A DNA stretch of 64,000 bases, taken from positions 48,719,746 through 48,783,745 of the forward strand of contig NC_068987.1 in the NCBI RefSeq assembly GCF_001194135.2. Direction: 5' to 3'. The position numbers and the translations under genes were made by a program. The notes under the pieces were generated by a model. The model saw only the letters and a list, made by a program, of their open reading frames with translations, was not told the DNA's origin and did no database searches. Within the stretch, counting starts at the first letter, position 1, and the number at the start of each line of letters is the position of its first letter. The stretch comes from Octopus bimaculoides (taxonomy: Eukaryota). Shown one piece after another: positions 53,665 to 64,000 of this stretch.

Positions 53665-53951
53665 TTTTCGAGCGAGATCGTTGCCAGTGCCCCTGGGCTG
53701 GCTCTTATGCAGGTGGCACATAAAATACACCATTTTGAGCATGGCCGTTGCCAGTACCGCCTGACTGCCCTTCGTGCGGGTGACACGTAAAAGCACCCAT
53801 TACACTCTCTGAGTGGTTGGCATTAGGAAGGGCATCCAGCTGTAGAAACTGCCAAATCAGATTGGAGTCTGGTGTTGCCATCCGGTTTCACCAGTCCTCA
53901 ATCAAATCGTCCAACCCATGCTAGCATGGAAAGCGGATGTTAAACAATGAT
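53665..53951 (+). mobile_element. RTE 3' UTR copy, inverted relative to 52882-53170
   Basis: Ends CCAACCCATGCTAGCATGGAAAGCGGATGTTAAACAATGAT and is the reverse complement of the neighbouring copy. Confidence 0.85.
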
Positions 53952-54519
53952 TTAGCTCTTTTGATACCAACCCATCTGGAACTCCTGATTCTGTGATACA
54001 AACTTGCTATTTTAAAAGAATCTAAATGAAAACTTTCNNNNNNNNNNNNNNNNNNNNNNNNNNNNNNNNNNNNNNNNNNNNNNNNNNNNNNNNNNNNNNN
54101 NNNNNNNNNNNNNNNNNNNNNNNNNNNNNNNNNNNNNNNNNNNNNNNNNNNNNNNNNNNNNNNNNNNNNNNNNNNNNNNNNNNNNNNNNNNNNNNNNNNN
54201 NNNNNNNNNNNNNNNNNNNNNNNNNNNNNNNNNNNNNNNNNNNNNNNNNNNNNNNNNNNNNNNNNNNNNNNNNNNNNNNNNNNNNNNNNNNNNNNNNNNN
54301 NNNNNNNNNNNNNNNNNNNNNNNNNNNNNNNNNNNNNNNNNNNNNNNNNNNNNNNNNNNNNNNNNNNNNNNNNNNNNNNNNNNNNNNNNNNNNNNNNNNN
54401 NNNNNNNNNNNNNNNNNNNNNNNNNNNNNNNNNNNTTCATTTACAACATACTTTTGAGAAATATAAATGTCAATATCTACCATTTCTTCTTCCTAGAACA
54501 TCAAAGGAAATATGGTAAT

Positions 54520-54537
54520 AGTAATAATAATAACAAC

Positions 54538-54582
<45 letters not shown>

Positions 54583-55650
54583 CCTTTCTATTCTAGGCAC
54601 AAGACCTGAGATTTTGGGGGAGGGGGTTAGTTGATTGCATTGAACCCAGTGTTTGATTGGTACTTATTTCATCAACCCTAAAAAGATGAAAGGCAAAGTT
54701 GACCTTGATGGAATTTGAACTTAATGTAAAACTAGAAAAAATGCCGCTAAATATTTTGTCTGGCACAGTAACAATTCTGCTAGCTCACTGCCTTCAGTGA
54801 TAATAATGATTTCAAATTTTGACATAAAGCCAGCAATTTGGGGGAAGTGGGTAAGTTGATTACATTGACCTCAGTTCTTAACTGGTACTCAAAAGGAAGA
54901 AAGATCAGCCTTGGCAGAATATGAACTCAGAACAAAGATGAGTGGAATGCTATTAAGCATTATGTCAGGCATGCTAAAGACTTTGTCAGTTTGCTACCTT
55001 AATAATAATAATATTAATAATAATAATTCTTTCTACTATAGGGACAAATTTTGAGGGGGAGGTCTAGTTGATTATATCAACACTAGTGCTTTACTGGTAT
55101 TTATTTCACTGAGCCTGAAAGGAAGAAAGGCAAAGTTGATCTTGGCAGAATTTGAACTCAGAACGTAAAGATGAACAAAATGCCATTAAGCATTATTATT
55201 AATAGTAATAATAATAATAATAAAATAATAATAATTCTCTCAGATTATGACACAAGGTGAGCAATTTTAGGGAAGGGGTTTATTTGATTCTATCAGCCCC
55301 AGTAGTTGACTGGTACTTTGTTATCTATCCCAAAAAGACAGAAGGCAAAGTTGATGTTAGCATAATTTGAACTCAAAACATAAAGATCCAGAAGTAATAC
55401 TGTTTAACATTTTGTCCAATGTGCCAATGATTCTGCCAGCTTGCCACCTTAATAAAAATGATAATTGTTCCTAACTGAGGCAAAAGACTAGCAGTTTTGA
55501 GGGGTTGGGGGTTAACTGATACCATCTACCTTCATTATCTTAGGGTGGTACTTCATTTTTAACGATATCCAGGGGAATGAAAAAACAAAGTCGACTTTGG
55601 TGGAATTTGAACTCACAGCATAAACTGCTGGAAAAAATACTGCCTGGTAT
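54520..55650 (-). mobile_element. Head-to-tail train of ~5 family D SINEs separated by (AAT)n
   Basis: Units at ~54583-54792, 54800-55000, 55025-55200, 55235-55450 and 55460-55650. Each carries GAAAGGCAAAGTTGA...GAATTTGAACTCA; several are preceded by AAT repeats. Confidence 0.85.
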
Positions 55651-56766
55651 TTTCTCTGATACTTCAATGCAATTGTATCTAATTTACAAGACCAACTATT
55701 TTGACGGGAAGCAGTTAGTTGATATCATCCTGAATATTCTGGTAAAATCGACATATGCTGATCTCCTTCACAAAAACATAGACCCGCATATGACTACACA
55801 TTTTACTGATCAATAGTTATTTATTGAATTATTTTATTTACAGATTTTGAGCCCTTTTATGTACAACACTTAAAACTAAACTTTGTTGAAGTTGACCCAC
55901 CCCCAAAAAAAAAAACAGATGGTGTGCTTCAATATTTACACTACCTGAATATTCATAGAACCTAACATAAATTAATAAAAACATGCATATTTTAGCTCCT
56001 ATACTTACTTATGGGTACTAGTGTGTGGCTGTGTGATTAAGAAGCTTACTTCCCAACCACATGGTTTTTGGGTTTAGTTGCACTATGCAGTACCTTGGGC
56101 AAGTTCTTGTACAATAGCACTGGGGTGACCAAAGCCTATTAAGTGAACTTAGTAAACAGAAAACTGAAAGAAGCTTCCGTGTGTGTGTGTTTGTGCACAC
56201 CCTTGTGTTGACATTATATGGTAATTGTAAACAAGCCTCATCATCATACAAGTGATGTTGTTTGTTGCTAGTCTTCAATGAAAAAGATATCTGGCCATGG
56301 GGAAATATTTCCTCATTTAGAAAGGAGTGTTGGTGACAGGAAAGGCATCAACAAATTCCATCCAGCCCATGCAAGTATGGAAAAGGAGATATTAAACAAT
56401 GGTAATGACTTTCCACAGGAATAGAAACATTCAAACATATAGAAATTAAATGCACATAACTCATGGATATATATATATATATATATCATCATAAATATAT
56501 CATCATTATATTTATGATGATAAATGGTCTTACCGATAAAGGTTTATTTCATACTGAACTACTTGGCAAAATTGTTAATTGTTAATTCTATTATTAATTG
56601 ACGATTCCCTGCCCTCATTTCTTGTATATANNNNNNNNNNNNNNNNNNNNNNNNNNNNNNNNNNNNNNNNNNNNNNNNNNNNNNNNNNNNNNNNNNNNNN
56701 NNNNNNNNNNNNNAAACATATAGAAATTAAATGCACATAACTCATGGATATATATATATATATATA

Positions 56767-57840
56767 TCAGGCTGAGTAAAAAGTAAGCAACGTTTTGAAA
56801 CATGAAATTCATCACAATATATTTCAACAATGTGGAAATTTTATTCATCAAAGTAAGTACCATTACAATCAACACATTTTTGCCAACATGTAACAAGTTT
56901 GTTTTATTCCAGTAACATAAAAATCTGGAGTTCTGGAGCTGATGAACTCTTTGAATGCACTTTCAGCATCGGTTGATTTTTGAACTCCTTCTCTCACTGG
57001 AAACCATCAAGGTGCTTGAAAAAGTGGTGCTCGGTAGTAAAAAGATCTTGGGAATAAGCTGGGTGGGGAAGAACTTTGTAGCCAAGTTCCCTCAACTTCT
57101 GCATGTCGTCAAGCATTCAATGGCCCTCTTCTGTTGACCAGTCTGGAACGGAGGAGTAGCAGTTTTTCGTTCATTTTAGCAATTTCATGGCAATATGTTT
57201 GTGCAGTAATGGTTTTTCCGAGTTTTAAGAAGTTATAGTGGATGAGTCCAGCAGTACACCACCAAACAGTCACCATAACCGTCTTTCTGAAGAGCTCAGA
57301 TTTGGGGATTTCGGTGCTACATTTTGGTCCAACCACTGCGAAGAATGTTTTTTATTATTGTACAGAATCCACTTTTCATCACAAGTTACAATACGGTTGA
57401 GAAAGGGATTGGTCTGGTTACAGAGAAGAAGCGACGAGCAAATTTCATATCTGCACATTTTCTGATTTTCATTCAAATCGTGTGGTACTCATTTGTTGAG
57501 CTTTTTTGATTTTATGATTGCATGCAAATAGTTGCAGGCAGTTTTCTGGCTAACTTGAAGTTCTTTTTCCCAGTTCTCAAGTGGTTTTACGTGGATCTTT
57601 CTCAACGATGATCTTTAATTGACCGTCATCTATGACAGATGGTTGTCCACTACGCTCACGATCTTCAAGGTTCAGGTCTCCACTGCAAAATCATTTAAAC
57701 CATTTTTGATCTGACCACTCACTGGTCCTTTCCTCACCAAATGTTTTCTTGATATCGCAAGCAGTTTCAGCTACTTTATCTCCTTTTTGAAGTTGAATAG
57801 CAAAATTTCTCAAATGTAACTTTGGCAGCTCCATTTCAGA
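56767..57840 (-). mobile_element. mariner-family transposon, decayed, interrupted by an RTE LINE just upstream of its ATG
   Basis: TA|TCAGGCTGAGTAAAAAGTAAGC TIR. Minus strand gives MELPKLHLRNF..., WVPHDLNENQK, RIVTCDEKWILYNN, VMVTVWW...GLIHY and VLPHPAYSQDL. The probable 5' remainder is 59299-59404, running into the gap. Confidence 0.9.
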
Positions 57841-59298
57841 ACTAGAGAAGTTTCAGGTGTGGAAGCAAGGATTAGAATCAAAGGGCCTTAGAGTCAACCT
57901 AACTAAAACCAAAGTCCTAACAAGTAGGAAGATAGACAAACTACAGGTAGATGGCCCTGCTCGATCTGTAGAAAAGGCGTAGGTAGAAACTCTATAAGAT
58001 GTACCCAGTGTAAGCTATGGACACATAAGTGGTGCAGCAATATCAAAGGAAGGATAACTAGCAAAACAGTTTTTGTATGTGGTAGATGCTCAGGTGCAAT
58101 AAACACTGAAAATGTGCAGAGAACAACTTCCGCCACATTCCAGGGAGAAAAGCTAGAAGTAGTTGATAGCTTCTGTTACCTAGGTGACCAAGTTAGTAGT
58201 GGGGGTGGGTGCTCTGAAAGTGTAGCTGCTAGAATAAGAATAGCCTGGGCAAAGTTCAGAGAGCTCTTACCTCTGCTGGTGACAAAGGGCCTCTTGCTCA
58301 GAGTAAAAGGCAGACTGTATGATGCATGTGTACAAACAGCCATGCTACATGGCAGTAAAACATGGGCTGTGACTGCTGAGGACATGCTTAAGCTTGCAAG
58401 GAATGAAGCCAGTATGCTCCGATGGATGTGTAATGTCAGTGTGCATACCCGACAGAGTGTAAGTACCTTGAGAGAAAAGTTAGACCTAAGAAGCATCAGT
58501 TGTGATGTGCAAGAGAGACGATTGCGCTTGTATGGTCATGTGGTGAGAATGGATAGCTGTGTGAAAAAGTGCTACACCATAATGGTTGAGGGAACCTGTG
58601 GAAGACGCAGACCCAGGAAGACCTGGGATGAGGTGGTGAAGCATGACCTTCGAACATTAGGCCTCACCGAGGCAATGACTAGTGACCGAGACCTTTGGAA
58701 ATATGCTGTGCATGAGAAGACCCTGCAAGACAAATGAGACAATAACCCGTGGCCTTTACCAGGTGTGTAACCAGCTCACTTACGCATACCTTTCCTTTCC
58801 TTCTTTGAACACTAAACTCTGCTTGTGAAGACCTGTTGAGACAAGTGAAATCAAAATCAAACCAAATTCGATGACTGGCACCCGTGCCAGTGGAGCGCTA
58901 GCAGCACCATCCAAGCGGGATCATTGCCAGAGCAGCTGTCTGGCTTTTGTGTCGGTGGCATGTAACAAGCACCATTTGAGCATGATCGTTACCAGCGTCA
59001 CCTTACTGGCACTTGTGCCGATGGAATGTGAACAAAACATTCGAGCGAGGTCATTGCCAGTTCTGCTGGACTGACTCCTGTGCAGGTGGCACGTAAAAAA
59101 CACCATTTGAGCGTGGCTGTTGCCAGTACCGCCTGACTGGCCCTCGTGCTGGTGGCACGTAAAGGCAACCACTACACTCTCGGAGTGGTTGGCATTAAGA
59201 AGGGCAGCTTGGTGCAGCCATCTCATTCGCCAGTCCTCAGTCAAATTGTCCAAACCATGCTAGCATGGAAAGCGGACGTTAAACGATGATGATGATGA
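57841..59298 (+). mobile_element. 5'-truncated RTE-clade LINE: RT C-terminal region with embedded PHD finger, ~560-bp 3' UTR and (GAT)n tail
   Basis: LEKFQVWKQGLESKGLRVNLTKTKVL, a C4HC3 finger, then ORF 58114-58737 (LEVVDSFCYLG...AWAKFRELLPLL...ERRLRLYGHVVRM...GRRRPRKTW), continuous into a GC-rich subrepeat UTR ending AAACGATGATGATGATGATG. Confidence 0.93.
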
Positions 59299-59673
59299 TG
59301 TTTGTAGCAACGGTGAAAAAAATACCAATGTTAATTGATGCATTTAGGCAAGTCTGTGTCTGTATTATCAGACAATTGCAATAAAATGTTGAAAAAAATT
59401 CAAANNNNNNNNNNNNNNNNNNNNNNNNNNNNNNNNNNNNNNNNNNNNNNNNNNNNNNNNNNNNNNNNNNNNNNNNNNNNNNNNNNNNNNNNNNNNNNNN
59501 NNNNNNNNNNNNNNNNNNNNNNNNNNNNNNNNNNNNNNNNNNNNNNNNNNNNNNNNNNNNNNNNNNNNNNNNNNNNNNNNNNNNNNNNNNNNNNNNNNNN
59601 NNNNNNNNNNNNNNNNNNNNNNNNNNNNNNNNNNNNNNNNNNNNNNNNNNNNNNNNNNNNNNNNNNNNNNNNN

Positions 59674-59714
<41 letters not shown>

Positions 59715-62062
59715 GAAACACAGATTTGTATAATTACATACCTTACACCAAATGCATACATATCTGCACATAAGCATATGCAACCTTGCTCCCTTCCACG
59801 TAGTCATCAGATGCCTCAAGTTTTATGTGCGCACACACAAAAGTGCCTCACAATTTACACATGGCGAACACACATTACTCATCTCATGCTTCATACCATA
59901 TGCGTGCATACATACACATCACTAACACCATGGACCCGCATACCAAGTAACAAACATCGCATATCTTTTCACTGAATACACACCTTATGTATCACATACC
60001 ATTTTTAGGCATACTTCACACGGAACCATTTAACATGTTCCTCGTATATCATTAACTATTAATCTGGGAAATAATTGAAAGGCCCTTAACCATGAACAAT
60101 GTTCATCCTCCCTCAATCAAATATATAAAAACCAGAAACCCCTGCTTGATGAAGGTCAACTTGTGGCTGCAATAACTAAATAAAAATCTTTGTATAGGTG
60201 CAGGTATGGCTGTGTGGTAAGAAGTTTGCTTCCCAACTGCATTGTTCCAGGTTGTCCCATTGCATGACACATTGGGCAAGTGTCTTCTGCTGTAGACCAG
60301 GGTTGACCAAATTCTTGTGAGTGGATTTAGTGGATGGAAACTGAAAGAAGCTTGTCGTGTTTGTCCCTTTGCCACTGCCTGACAACTGTTGTTTGTTTCT
60401 TTGTCTCTGTAACTTAGTGCTTCAGCATAAGAGACTGATAGAGTAAGTACTAGGCTTGAAAAGGAAAATACTGGGGTCAATTTGTTTGATTAAAAACCCT
60501 TCAAAGCAACACATCATAACTGAAAGAAGTAAAAGATAAAAAATACTGCACCTCCATATATTGTACTCACACACACACTCACGTATGCTCTCTCACATAC
60601 ATGCACACACATTCACTCTTACCTACTTCCTCTTGGCTGCAGCAGTTGAGTATCATCTCTGCAGTTCTATTCTGAAAGGTCACCCAGGATTTAATTGGCT
60701 GTCAATATAAGTGAGTGCATAATAATGACTGACCAAGACAAAGCAAATTTTTGCCTGTCAAATTGACTATAGCCGTTTCTACTACATCCATAAACAATTA
60801 CATCTCTGACATCTATGAACAATTACATCTCTGACTAGTGAAATTAATTAATTACATCATATTAACTGACTATACACGCACGCACTTTATACTGATATGT
60901 ACAAACATGATCATATGTTTAACTCTTTAGCATTTAAACCGGCAATATCTGGCCAAAATATACTACTTGTTTAATGTTCAAACTGGCCAAATTTGGTCTC
61001 TTACACCTATCCTACAATGTCATACTAAAAGTAAACAATCACATCATTGAAATCTCAAAACTACAAGACAGTGCATGATTAATTCAAGAGAATGTTAATA
61101 AATTAGCATTACATTTGACAGAATAATCTGAATGCTAAAGGGTTACATAGTTTGCTTCCCGACTATGTGGTTTTGGGTTCAGTACCACTGCATCTTGGGC
61201 AAGTGTTTTCTGGCACTAGCTTGACCAAAACCTTGTGAAGTTTCTGCGGAGTGAAACTGAAAGAAGTCTACCCTGTGTGGTGTTTGTGTCACTTTGTCTT
61301 GACTGTGTGATAGTTGTAAAGGAGCATCACCATCATACAAGCAGTGGCCTTCAGGTCTAATCTTCGTGGTTGTGTCAGGCCATGGGGGAGTATTACTTTG
61401 CTCAGAAACATGCTTTTGTTGTAAGGAAATCGCACAAAATTTTAAACTTGAAATCATTCAAACCCTAAAAATTGAAATAATGATCTATTTTCAATTTCTT
61501 TTTTAATATTTTTATTGTTTTTGAGTATAAATTTAAATTCTCATTTAAGAAAAAATATTATAAATGTGAATTGGTAAAATATTTAGAATCTCAGGTAAAA
61601 TGCCCTACAGTATCCCACTATGTTCTTTTACATTTTATGTTCAAAACCCACTGATGCAGGCTTTGACTTTTGCCCTTTTCTAGGGTTGACAATATACAAT
61701 AAATACCAGTCATGTACCAGGGTCAGTTTGGAATTTCTTTAAAGCATCCTAGATGTGAATAGAACTATAATAGAACTCTCTGCCCAACAATTTTAATTTA
61801 TAGAAAAAATATATTAAAAAAATCCACATGGAACTGAGAAAAGGAAAGATGAAAACAAAGGAAGTTTTCTAATGTCCATTAAAATTCTTTTTCTTTTGAA
61901 GTTTATAATTAAAAATCTTTGCTTTCCAATTTTAATTTATAAAAGAAAATATTAAATTAGAATTTTACATTGAAAAAAATAAAATTGAGAAAAATAAAAA
62001 TAATAGAATTGAAATTTCTCATCATTGATAATTATCATAAAAGCTTTTCTTTTTCATTGTAG

Positions 62063-62255
62063 GTTCAGCGCACAATAGCTAAGCAAATATATTTGATTAA
62101 GAGTATAGGAAAAGGTCGGTATGGTGAGGTGTGGAAAGGCAAGTGGAGAGGGGAAAATGTTGCAGTGAAGATATTTTTTACCACAGAAGAAGATAGTTGG
62201 TTCAGAGAAACTGAACTTTACCAAACAGTGCTGCTTAGACATGATAATATATTAG
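62063..62255 (+). CDS. BMPR1: BMP type I receptor, kinase subdomains I-IV exon
   Basis: Acceptor TTTTCATTGTAG, donor TAG|GTAAG; phase 0 to 1, 193 nt. [69 protein letters not shown] and FFTTEE are diagnostic of ALK3/6/Tkv, versus ALK1/2 (VARQI, FSSRDE) or ALK4/5/7 (IARTI, FSSREE). Confidence 0.97.
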
Positions 62256-62419
62256 GTAAGGAAAACAAACAGCTTTCTGTTTTAGCATACATGCATGCAC
62301 ATACACACTTATGTGCATAAATGCATAGTGTGTGTATGGATGTGTATGTATCACTGTATCAACCAGACTAGCAGACTTGCTGGTTGCAATGTGTTTCCAA
62401 TTCTTCCTTGATTACACCA

Positions 62420-63620
62420 TTCTTTTCCATCTTGTCTCAAATTGTTTAACTAAATCATCTTCCCATCATTGTGGGAGCCTTTCAAGTAGCCCCTTTTCTG
62501 CTCTCTTGGATACCATTTGGCAATTGCACAGGCCTACCTGTTGTTTGAACCTTGCGACATGTCCAGCCCAACAGAACTTGTGCTTTTGGTATTCTGTGAT
62601 TACATTGTTCATTCCATTCCATTCTTGAATTATCTCATTTCAAACATGCTCTTGAAAAGATATTCCTAGCATGGATCATTCCATGTTCTTTTGTGTCATA
62701 GCCAATTGATGTTCTTCCATTTTCATAGTTGACCATGTCTCACATATAAGAGCACAGGTAGGATGATGCTATTGAAGAGTCTCACATATATGGTCTGCTT
62801 TGTTTTGAGCACATTCTTTATTGAGGTAAATGTTTTCCATCTTGCCCTTATTCTTTTTGAGATTTCAGCATTCATGTGTTGGCACATATTTACTGTGTCC
62901 TAAGTAAATGTTCTCCTTTACTTCCTTGATTTCGTCATTTCCTACATGTATTTGGCCTTGCACTACATCTTTCGACTGCATGTATTTTGTTTTTATGTGG
63001 TTCATTTTAAGGTCTACTGCTGAACCAAGGGTGTTGATCTCTGTCTCTATAGTCTGCAGCTGATCTGTGGTTATAACCATTAGTGTAATGTCATCTGTGA
63101 ATCAGAGGTGTTTTAGTAGCTACCATTGATGTCTACATCACCTGTCCAATCAAAGTCTCTGATGACATGCATTGAAGAGTTGTAGAGAGATGATATCTCC
63201 TTATTTGACACCCTTCCTAATTGGAACTCTTACTTGTGGCAATAACAGAGCTATATCTTGGTGCATCCAGAGTTCACATCTCTGAGCAATTTGATGTATT
63301 GCATCTCGACACCTTGCATTTCCATAGATTACAAGACTGCGTTTGTCTTGACACTATCAAAGGCCTTTTCATAGTCAATGAAAGTGAAGCACTGAGGCAG
63401 TGTGTATTCATTCACTCATTCTACAAGTTGTGCTGATGTGAATATGTGATCTATTGTATTGTAGTTCTTACAGAAACCTACTTGCTCCCTTAATTTCTGA
63501 TCATCGAGGAGTTTTGATAGTCTGGTGAGGATGACCTTTGTAAACAGCTTATAGAAGTGTGATGCGGTATATGGGGCGATAGTTTCTTAAATCTTCTTTA
63601 CCAGCCTTATTATGAAGCAA
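62420..63620 (-). mobile_element. Decayed RTE (BovB-like) LINE RT fragment
   Basis: Minus strand gives KEDLRNYRPI, FIDYEKAFDSV, KGVK*GDIIS, FTDDITL, KMNHIKTKYM, IYLG, WAGHVAR and WEDDL, in the expected order and with stops. Confidence 0.85.
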
Positions 63621-63849
63621 CATGGTGTATGACTCTTGTATGATGTGTGTGTGTGTGCATGTACTTATGCACATATCTTCTTTTTCTATTTTACTTATTC
63701 CAACCACTGGGCTCTTGCTAAGCTGGAGCCTACTACCTGTACTGTCACAATTCATTTTTTTGTGCTTGATATTTGTTCAATTAGTTTCATGATGAACCCT
63801 TCCACAGCATCTCCTGTTGTGTTATGTATTTTATGTTCTGTTAATTGGA

Positions 63850-64000
63850 TCTCATGCTCTAGATGTAGTGTACTAGAGAGAAGACTGTACTGTTATGGTC
63901 ATGTGATGTGTATTGATCAGGACAGCTGCATAAAGAAGTGCCAATCTCTAATTGTGATGGGAGCATGTGGAAGGGGTAGACCCAGAAAGATGTGGGACAA
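63850..64000 (+). mobile_element. RTE fragment of the same family as 57841-59298
   Basis: GAGAGAAGACTGTACTGTTATGGTCATGTG...GGAAGGGGTAGACCCAGAAAGATGTGG aligns with ~58510-58630. Confidence 0.7.

Noticed and set aside
27230-59819. Long ORF-track entries rich in X, HT, YI or CV
   Set aside because: Artefacts of N gaps and dinucleotide microsatellites.

Overview
AT-rich, repeat-dense animal genomic DNA from a gapped draft assembly, most likely Octopus or another coleoid cephalopod (inferred from the recognisable SINE and RTE families; not verified by search). The only host gene I can support is a BMP type I receptor of the ALK3/ALK6/thickveins class on the + strand. Four phase-consistent coding exons are visible: 32674-32849, 43918-44038, 45796-45904 and 62063-62255. 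The signal-peptide exon and the obligatory juxtamembrane/GS-box exon are not in the called sequence, and the rest of the kinase presumably lies beyond the window. Everything else is intronic or intergenic and filled with decayed mobile DNA: tRNA-derived SINEs (often in head-to-tail trains), RTE LINEs, a Penelope-like element, Tc1, mariner, hAT/Buster, piggyBac-like, Helitron and MITE elements, and microsatellites. The most unusual observations are a ~1.9 kb foldback with ~640 bp arms, a perfect 123 bp inverted templated insertion bracketed by a 17 bp duplication, a C4HC3 PHD finger inside an RTE reverse-transcriptase ORF, and SINE tails matching the 3' end of that LINE. There is no CRISPR array, rRNA or intact tRNA. 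Almost all other entries in the ORF track are noise from microsatellites, SINEs or N gaps.
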